64,000 nt of DNA from Eledone cirrhosa. Lineage: Eukaryota. The position numbers and the translations under genes are program-made. This document shows, one piece after another, positions 54,001-64,000 of the stretch. Location: the NCBI GenBank assembly GCA_964016885.1, contig OZ024742.1:94674001-94738000 (forward strand), given 5' to 3'. Position 1 is the stretch's first letter, and every line of letters begins with the position of its first letter. The notes under the pieces are model-generated. The model worked only from the letters and a program-made list of their open reading frames with translations, was not told the DNA's origin and did no database searches.

Positions 54001-54484
54001 GCCTATGATGGTAGTCGATCTACGAGGGCTAGGGGTCTTCGACAATGACTGTCTCCGCCGCATTCTTCGCTGCCGACACGTTGATCAGGTACCTACCACC
54101 AGTCTTCGTCTTCGCCTGAATCTTCGACCCCTTCCATCAGTGCTTCTGCAATGGCGCTTGAGAAGGTTTGGTCACACAGCCCGGCGCCCTGAGGGTGAGC
54201 TGATCTGCGATGTTCTCCTCCCACCTCCACTCCCTAATTGGCGCAAGCACATTGGCGGGCAGCTGAAGACCTGGGCAGCGACGATCAAGGAGAACCTCTC
54301 CGAACTCTCAGGTCCGCAGATGGTCGGCCTGCGCCGATGGAACCGTGACTGGCTCGCTATCTCCAGTGACCTAGCCCGGGACCGTCGTGCGTGGGCTGCC
54401 ATGGTTCGGGATGCCGTGAGGACAAGGGAAGAAGCCGGCTCAACCCGTCCAGGGTGAATGTCGACACAAGTACAAGTACAAGTA
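51073..54484 (+). mobile_element. Near full-length RTE-clade LINE (APE endonuclease + RT), inactivated
   Basis: ACWNARTL, LSEVR, AGDWNAR, NQIDYILV, NYRGISL, GVRQGCALSPTLFN, LAYADD. In-frame stops at 51815, 52118, 52630, 53414, 53702, plus frameshifts. (CAAGTA)3 tail. Possible TSD cacgca[g/c]acaca. Confidence 0.92.
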
Positions 54485-55169
54485 CTTGCACGCACACACA
54501 CACACACATATATATATACATATATACACAAATATTTGTGTAAACAAGTGTGTATATATACATACAAAAACCTTTGTGCAAACACGTGTATATATGTATA
54601 TATATCATCATCATAGTTAAACGATGATGATGATGATGATATATATATATATATGTATGATGATTATTATCATAATTTTACATATATTTTACATACTTGC
54701 ATATAACAAATAAAAAAGAATCCCTTAAGTTTTAAAACATGCTGGAAGAATAAGAAAGTAGGCACTCGAAGAATTTTATCACTGTGCATATTGTACTGTG
54801 AAAATACTGTATGAGATGAATAATAAGAATCCCTTAAGCTTTAAACATACAGTAACAGCCACAATATATGCTCTTAAAGAAATTTTATCATACTGCACAT
54901 TTTTACAGGGTTTTAAGAATATTAAACAAATACAAACAGCTAATGGGATTATTTGATTGGTTATCCAGAGAGTAATTAATCAGCCAATAGGGATACTTAG
55001 ATTCTAAAGTATCCACAGAGACAATACAGAACAAAACAATAAAAAAACACACATGGTTTGAATAAAATGTCTATTAGAAATTGCCATCATTTGAACAGAT
55101 TTGTAGTAAATAGCCACTTTGACAGATTTCCTGTGTATAGTTGTTTAGAACACTTTAATGTTTCACCTT

Positions 55170-55485
55170 TTTTGTTATTTTTGTTGTTTTTGTTATTAAT
55201 ATTAGCATCCTCATTATTAGTATTATTACTAGCATTACAATTATTTTTATTATCATTATCATCAGCAATTATTGTAACCATTATTTTCATTATTATTATC
55301 ATTATTATTACTATCCTTATTATAATTATTGTTATTATTATTATCATTAGTGTGTGTGTGTCCATCCATTAGTTTACTTTGGATTGAATACATAATTACC
55401 TCAAATTTATTTATTTTTATTTTCAATTTTTCAATTTCAATTGAAAGTTACTCTTCCATGAAATGAATTGGCTTAATTTGTTTCA

Positions 55486-55543
<58 letters not shown>
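55170..55543. repeat. (TTA)n-rich microsatellite tracts
   Basis: Directly visible. Confidence 0.8.
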
Positions 55544-55548
<5 letters not shown>

Positions 55549-56490
55549 AGTTGAAGTTTAAATTTATTTGTCTTTTATTTAAAAGAAATCCCCCCACAAA
55601 AAACTCTTTTATTGAAATATTATTTAAATCATTTTATTGATTCCGTAATTCACAACATAGTCTTCCCCCCACACCTCCACATTATTTTTTTTTTAGTATA
55701 TGTATTTGTTTAATGTTTTCTTTAATGTTTCTTTTATCCATTCCTTTATTCATTCAATCATCCATCTATCCATTTTGTCATCATTTTTTTTTTTATTATA
55801 ATATTTCTCTTTTCATTTCTTTTAACTTAAAATTTTTCATAGAAATACAAATCTTCAGTTTGGAGAAAACATTAAATTTTTAAACAGCTATCCTTTTCCA
55901 TTGTTTAACTATTTGTCTATTTTTAATATCCCATTCACTAAGCCGTTTCCACAGAATCAAGAAATTTTTTCCCCACCAAAATTGTCATCGCCAATATAAA
56001 AGACTTCGATTGATGTCTCCTGGCTGGAATTTATTTTCAAGTTTTGATAACTTTTGATATTAATTTCTCCATAGAGGAATGGAATTTCTTCATTTAGAAT
56101 TGTAAAGATAAAAATGAAGCCACAAGGTGATTGATGTCTGAAATTTGAGTTCTTTGTCTCATAATGTTTGCGTCTTCTCATTAATTTTCAGTGAATGAAT
56201 GATTGCAATGGTAAATGTTTCCTTTAACAGTCATTCCTGTGATATGGCTGTGTGATCTGTTTGTGTGTCATCATAGATACATACATGTAACAATGTTGGT
56301 AAAAATAACTATGGTGTATGAAGATGTGTGATAATGTGTTGTGTGTTCCTAATAGTGTATGCGTCTGTGTTATGCATTTTTGGTTACATGTGTGTATGAG
56401 TATGCCATGTGCGTACACATACACAAATATTTATCTCCTTTAAACAGGTTTCTAATATAGGCATATTCATTTATACATATGTGTATATGG

Positions 56491-56547
<57 letters not shown>

Positions 56548-56820
56548 CATAAGAATAAATTTATACACATACATTGAAAGACTCTAATGATGAAAAATAC
56601 ACTGATATATGGTAATAAACATACATGTGTGTCTGTGTATATATATATGTATGTGTGTGTGTGTACTTATAGAATCATGCTGCAAAGGTGTTAGTATTAG
56701 GAAGAGCAGCCAGCTGTAGGAATATATGTAAGGGTGTTTAGCCCTGTCCAATCTAATTACTGACATGTTTAGTGATGAAACATCCAACCCATGCTAGCAC
56801 AGAGAAACAAACACTAAATT

Positions 56821-57008
56821 ATAATTGTTTCTACTTTTGGCACAAGGCTAGCAATTATCTCAGTGTATTACTGGTACTTTATTTTATCGACCCCATATGG
56901 ATGAAAGGCAAAGTTAACCTGGGCGAGATTTGACCTCAGACCATAAAGGGCGGTAAATCTTTGCTGCAAAGCATGGTGTTCAACCCTCTACTGATACTGC
57001 CAATCCAA
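56821..57008 (-). mobile_element. tRNA-derived SINE (family A)
   Basis: Reverse complement of the family consensus from head to tail. Confidence 0.85.
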
Positions 57009-58022
57009 TAATTATATACATACATACACACATATAAATATATATATATATCATCATCATCATTATCGTTTAACATCTATCTTCCAAGCTAGCATGGTTA
57101 AATGAGGCAAGATTGGTTTCGGTGACCGTGTCTCACTTGTATAGAACTGTTAATAATAAAAAAAGCGGGAGCTTATATCCAAAGCTGGTAGAGCATGCAG
57201 TCCAAAGGATGAGTTTGGTATAGAATTAGTTCCACAACAAATTAACAAATTGAGAACATGTGTTTCACTCGAAGTTTTCTTCATCTAGTGCGTGGTTTCT
57301 TGGGAAACTATTTTCTTTTATAACAATAGCTGTAAAAGCCGAAAATAAGTGTAAAATTACACACATATGTAATATAGTGTATGGTTATAGCAAGAATGGA
57401 AGAATGTGGTGAAATTAATTAAATAAATATCTATTCTGGAACAGTGTATACTTGAAGATTTATGCTAAATTTAATGTAGACCTAACCACAAGTTTTTAAT
57501 TAGAAACCTTCCCTGCAAAAAGAATATGTAAAGTGTAAACCCTTTGAACACTTCCTCCATACACAGAAACATATAATAGGTTATGTTATGTTGCAGTCCA
57601 GAGCTTTTTGTATCTTTGTCAGAGAAAAACTACACCTTTGATTCTGTATACATATAAATATTACTAGTAATGCGGTATAAATAAGACAGGATATGAAAAT
57701 TAGCTGAAATGGTCACTCTAATGTGCATGATTATTTGCAAAAGGCAATCAATATTAACCAGTCGGATTTGCACTGTATGCAAATATACTTTCAACAAAAT
57801 GATTTTATTTACAAAATATACAAGACTTGAAAGATTTTCTAGCTCAGTATCTTTGTTGAAAGTGTGTACCAACAACGATAAACGGAAATACATGTATATA
57901 TGTATAACTTAGATCCTTTTTTATATGTCCTTATAAGATTTTAATGTTTTGTTTGGAATTTGAGCACAGTGATTGTATTAATATAACACGTTTGAAAGAA
58001 AAGTTGCCCCCTCCACACACGT

Positions 58023-58096
<74 letters not shown>

Positions 58097-58102
58097 TTTT
58101 TC

Positions 58103-58190
58103 CATAGCAGAATATAAATATTAGATATTTATATTCTGCTATGTATTGAGGACCTTACTTACTGTGGTTACCCCCAACTGAACCCAGGAT
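58103..58190. mobile_element. Short inverted fragment of the 1722-2009 family
   Basis: catagcagaatataaatat / atatttatattctgctatg palindrome, then accttacttactgtggttacccc..gaaccc, within (CA)n. Confidence 0.65.
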
Positions 58191-60349
58191 ACACACACAC
58201 ACACATATACATGTATGTTTATATCAATTCAATTCAATCCAGGGCCTTTTAGCTTCTATTGAAGAATTCCCTCTCTAGTTGACCTCCACCACTTTCAGTT
58301 TGGTTTTGGTCATGTCAAGTATATAGCCATACTCACCATGCTTGGCTGATTGCAGGTTGGTGAGTCTATTTAACCCATAGATGGGGTAGATGGCAGTTAA
58401 CTCTGAGGGGTTCATCTGCCCTTTTATGTGCTGCTGGAGTTTTACTTACCCTGCTCATGAGATATGGGTCTGGTGAGGGCGTTGGTTTAATTGACGTCTT
58501 CTCGGACATGAAGAGGTTGTACTGGGTTACATCGTACCAGTAGCAGGCAGAAGTCTGACCTGATATTTATGTATATATATATATATATATCTGAGTAAAG
58601 AGAGAGCGAGAGAGAGAGAGAGGGAGAGAGAGAGAGATGTGTGTATAGTTTCATTATCAGCAGCAGTTCCAATGTTTTTATGTCGGTTTTTACATGCTTG
58701 CATGGATTTTATGAAACCTCTTTCCTGACATGCTTGTTCTATGGGTAGATGCCTTTCCTGATGCTAATCCATACCTTATTCTAAGTGCAGTACATGTTGC
58801 TGGTATATCAAACTGTAAATGCTGCTATATGTATTGTTTATAGTCAACAAACAATATATCCACTAGACATATAATGATGTTGATACTCACATACATCCAG
58901 AAACATATGATGGGTTTCCTACAGTTTCTATCCATGAAATTCATTTACAAGGCATTGATAAACTCCAGTTTATAGAAAACACTTGCCGATGATGTTACAC
59001 AATAAGACTGAACTCAAAACCATATGGTTATGTAGCAAGTTCCTTAACTATACTTCCATACCAGCACTTATTTACACACACATATACTTACACATAAATA
59101 TTGATATCAATACATTGATCTCACAGTGTTTTGTTTCATGATGCTTCAAACTACTTTTCTGAAGAAAAAAATAACACTGAACCCCCCGCATTACCTAACC
59201 CACTTAAGTACACCACTACCCACTCTGTGTCTCTGTCTATATATTAACACTAATAGACACAACCCACTTCCCATTGTGTGTGTATATGACTGTGTGCCTG
59301 TATATGTGTGTGTGGTGTATGTGTATGTGCATGTGTACACATATATCCCACTATGTGTTTGTATCTATAATGAGTCTATATATATGTATGCAAATGCACT
59401 CCTACATACACACACACACACAGCAGTTCTATCATACCCTCTAAACACCTTCCCCATTTGTAAGAGTGTGTGCATATGCCTATTTGAGACATTGCACATG
59501 TACACACATAAGCACACATACACATAGACTCTTCCCCACGTGTATGCGCGTGCATATGCCTATGTGTGAGTCTGCATGAGTCTGTCTTTCACTATGTGGA
59601 CCTACTCTCATGCATGTACACAAACTCAGACTTCACCACACATCCTCTTAACCCCCCCCCCCCCCCCCATGTGTATGTTTTTGTAAGTCTACATACACAT
59701 ACTCCCATGCATTCTTCCAGACACACACACACACACTCAGCCTTCACCTCTCACATCCTCTCAATACTTACCCCAGCCACATGCTATTATATTATTTTCC
59801 CCAATATGTCCTTCACTTACCTTCATCTGTCATCAATTCTTGAATCCATCATTTCATATTTATTCAATTATTCCCGCACTCTTATTATATTTCTTTAATT
59901 AATATCAAGAATCTTATTAAGTTATACAATTTATTTATTTCATTTCACTCTTATTTGTATTTTCCTTTCGATAAGAACTTAGGAAATGTTTTTATTTGGT
60001 GGGTGTTTTATCAATATTTTTCTATTGTTTTTTGGTATGTTTATGGTGTTGTTTTTTATATATCATATATAAAAAGTTTTGTTTTCATTTTTATACATTA
60101 GATTTATTTTGTTTATGTTTTGATGTGTTTTGCTTTACTGTTTATTTCTATCTTTGAATGATATTGAATATTGAAGCACGTGTGTACATGTGTGTATGTG
60201 TGGCTATGTGTTTATTTCTGAATGTATATGTACATGCAAGTATTTATATATGTATGTGTGTGTGTGTAGATTGTATGCATGCGTGTATGTCTGAGTTTGT
60301 TTATAAAATATATAAGCATTTATTTGTTTTTCTATGTGTTTTATATATA

Positions 60350-60385
<36 letters not shown>

Positions 60386-61746
60386 TATGTATGTGTGTAT
60401 ATGTGAGTGTGTGAGTGTGCATGCATCCACCCACACACAAAATAGTTATGTGTATATACATATTAAATTTGCTTCTTTGTTTATTAAATGATCTAAAATT
60501 TTATTTGACTTATGCAAAGGTTTATAAGAGTGTGTGTTTTGTGAATATATAGATAGAAATATATATTAGTGTCTGTGAAAAAATATTCACATTCACATGC
60601 AGGAGTTTTGTAAAGGGACCATGAAGGATATATCTAGTTAGTCTGTGAAGGAAACTTCCAGATGGTTCATGGAGGAGAGTTCAAGACAAACCATGCAAAC
60701 ATTTCTAAATATGACATTTTGGGAGAATCTATGTGGGCCATGTAAAAAGACCATCTCATGGAGAAATTTCTATATGGACATAATGATCTGTTAGAAATAG
60801 CAACTAAATCTCCCTGAAATCACACATGAAACTGCCATAAAATTGGAATATATGGAATAATACATTCTTGGATATTCTATGCTTGAGTTATTAAGCCCCT
60901 ACTTAATATTTTATGAAATTTAGACCATGATATAAGCAAACATCCATCCTCATCATCTGATGGTACTTATTATTATAATAAAGCCCATCAAAATAGTTGC
61001 TTTAAAAATAATACAAAATACACAATTTGCTCTCTTTCCGAGCATAAAATTAAGTAAAAAATTATTTATTGATGTAATTCTGTTTTTTGTTTAGTTCTAA
61101 TTTTGTTTTCTAATGAAACATAGATATAGAATTTAAAAAAAGAATTTGGTTAATCCTGCAAAATCAGGTACACATTTCAACCCTGAAAATCTTTCTAACG
61201 AAAACTATTTCTTCTACAAACAGTTTCCACTTAACTGTAATTACTTTTCATAGACCTTAGAATATGACAGTAATCTGCCACTCCACTTCGGTCAAAAAAA
61301 ATTTACAAGTACTAATTTGAAGCATATTGGGTTTCTAAAAGAAGCAAATTCAATCGTGTCTACAATCAAATAGTCATTTTATAGACATGCCACTCTATAT
61401 GACTTTATGGCAACTTCCATTCAAATTTGTACTGTAGATTTATGTCAACACAAAAGTTTTCCTTGTATTTCAAGACATTAGGTTCATGGTTTAAACAAAA
61501 GGACTGAGGTATGCTGTAGGCATACTTGAAAATACTAGCTTTCAGAATATGCACCTCAAAATTTCAAAAATATTCCAAGTATTTAGAATATGTATCTCAT
61601 TGTATCTGTTTTTAGAGATTTGTGTTCATAAATATCTAACATTTTTTGAAATTTCTCTTCCTTGGATATCTGACACACATGGAATTATCTGTGCTCCTGC
61701 ATATATACATGTGTTTTAATATATTTTCATGTTTTCTTTCGTACAA

Positions 61747-61958
61747 GGGCGTTGGATTGGCACTATTGGTGGAGAGTCGGACACCATGCTTTGCAGCATA
61801 GAGTTATTTATGGTGTGAGTTTAGATCCTGCCGAGGTTAACTTTGCCTTTCATACTTACGGGTTCGATAAAATAAAGCACCAGTAACGTAGTGGGGTCGA
61901 TTTAATCGACTTTCCCCTCCACCAAAATTACTGGCCTCGTGCCTATACTAGAAATGGT
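61747..61958 (+). mobile_element. tRNA-derived SINE (family A, longer variant)
   Basis: Head, core ggttaactttgcctttcat and tail ggcctcgtgcctatactagaaa. Confidence 0.8.
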
Positions 61959-62667
61959 ATTTTGTTCCGTACATATTTAATTTTGTATAATTGTATTATT
62001 TCATATCTTATATACCATCATCACCATTTAACATCCCTTGTGAGACAAGTCAGATCAGACGACAGCTCATAAGCTTGGTTTCTATGGCTCTATGCCCATC
62101 CTAATGCCAACCACATTTAGAGTGTGGGCAGGGTGCTTTTTTATCGTGGCACCAAAATGTGTTTTCATATAGTTTCCTATTTTGGTACATACATATTTAT
62201 ATCATCTTGCATAATTTATAATCTCTACTCTGTCACATTCCCTCCAGCCTATATTTCAAATAGCAGTTATATTGTCAATTTAAAATATTTTGTTTGATTT
62301 TATCTAATCAACATTTGTTATGGTATTTAAGCATTTCTACTCTAATGTCCATTATATAACATTTTTATATTTCATTTTTCATGATCATCCAAAGGTCGAT
62401 AACCAGAAAGTGAGTAATGATTTGTGAAGTTTAATTTACCAATAAATGACATCACTTTAATTTAACTCTTTCATTATCATATCATATTTCTAAAGAAAGA
62501 TGCAGCCTATGATTTTCAAATAATTTAAAGGAAAATGAAGAATGTTAATGGATCTAGTAATATAACTAACATTTTCATTATTACATTGGTGTTTGGAACA
62601 TAACTTTAAAAAATATTCTTCTATAAAATTATGCTGGAAGGATTTTAGTTAGATATTATCATTTATA

Positions 62668-62858
62668 ATGGTTTCTGATTTAGGCACAAGGCCAACAAAT
62701 TTGTGGGAGGGAAAACTCAATTAAATCGACCCCAGTGCATTACACATGATTTATTTTATTAACCCCGTAAGGATGAGAAGCAAAGCTAACTTCAGTGGGA
62801 ATTGAACTCAGAATGTAAAGAGGCTTGACTATATGCTACAAGCATGGTGTCCAACACT
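62668..62858 (-). mobile_element. tRNA-derived SINE (family A, diverged)
   Basis: Reverse complement of the family core and tail. Confidence 0.7.
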
Positions 62859-63029
62859 TTATTTGTAATAAGCAGTTTACTCTCTAATTCACATTTAAAT
62901 GTTTACAGAATTCTACAAATAATTTTTATCAGAGCACTGCACACTGAAATTGTAAGTGAAGTAATCCAAAGAATTTTATAAGTAAATTGAAACGATGTGC
63001 TTATTTTAATATTCAAATATCTATTGATA

Positions 63030-63450
63030 TCTTCTTCTTCTTTGCTCATTTATTCCAGTGACGGCTGTGGAGTCAGTGTCATCAGACATTCTTTCCATCA
63101 GGTCCTGTTAGAAGCAACCATCTCCAGCTAGTCCAGCTGGATCCCCAAGTGAGACCAACCAAGCACATGGATGTTATCCAACCATCTTGCTTGGGGTCTA
63201 TCCCTGGGTCTCCTGCCAGTTGGTTTTGCCTGTAAAATCTGTCCAGCAATTCTTTGCTGAGACATTCTAACCACATGCAAATAGTATCAGAGATGGGATC
63301 TCTCAATTCAGAGAAGTAGCAGCTCTACCTGGAGTGACTCTCTGATCTACAAGCTATGCACTCTATGAAGTAACATTCATCCAAAGATCCTTTGGAGGAA
63401 CCCCATTTCACCCACTTGTATTTGTGAGTGTATTCTTTCTGTCATTACCC
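63030..63450 (-). pseudogene. Decayed RTE-like LINE 3' fragment
   Basis: Paralogous to 4105-4375; (GAA)n tail at ~63030. Confidence 0.6.
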
Positions 63451-64000
63451 AAGATTATCATTATTACTATTTTATATATTTATTTCAAAAATGCACATCT
63501 AGAATATATGTACTTAGATTTATATCAAAGAAATATAATTTAATAAACAAAAAAGTGAACCATATGAAACAGAGATTTTCAGTTTGGTAAGATTAGTAAG
63601 ATTCAGAAAATCCACACCAGCTTTCAAAGCTCTTGAAACAAGAATTTAAGATCATCATGCAATTTCTAGTTAATCTATTAATCATCAGTCAAGTTACCAT
63701 ATTTTCATAACATAAACAGAAATACATGTAAGTGACTATTATATAACATTAATGATATGCCCCAAATACCTGGCACATCAACATATTGAACTCCATAAAC
63801 TTAGTTGCTAAAGAAATTGCCACCATCTTGAATAAAGAGAATAGTGTAAATTATTTAGTTCGATACACACAATACAAAATGCACAATGTGAATATTTAAA
63901 ATCTAAATTTATTTCACCCATGATGTCATTCATGCATAGTAATATTAATGGATCCTCCATCAGTTTCAATGATGAGCATTCAGTGGTTCATTTAACTGAA

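Noticed and set aside
55930-56200. Possible host exon in unique sequence (also an acceptor-like site at ~11889)
   Set aside because: No sustained reading frame or recognisable domain; cannot be supported without RNA-seq.

Overview
AT-rich, microsatellite-dense animal genomic DNA; its SINE and LINE content resembles octopus/coleoid cephalopod (inference). I found no convincing host protein-coding gene. The window is mostly transposons: a decayed Helitron Rep/helicase, a hATm-like remnant, a hAT MITE, a near full-length RTE LINE, CRE and RTE fragments, several tRNA-derived SINE families and a 5S rRNA-SINE chimera. It also holds a near-complete Penelope-like element (PLE: RT plus C-terminal GIY-YIG) with an inverted partial copy. 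The main signal is a set of non-coding elements inserted in (TA)n, most carrying hammerhead ribozyme (HHR) motifs. The clearest is a ~540-bp tandem array with six minimal type I hammerheads. Several share one architecture with the PLE: two circularly permuted arms joined head-to-head, with 3' tails running outward into microsatellite. This suggests a PLE-driven retrozyme-like (circular RNA) system with priming at both ends of a TA break. All RNA structures were paired by eye and are untested.
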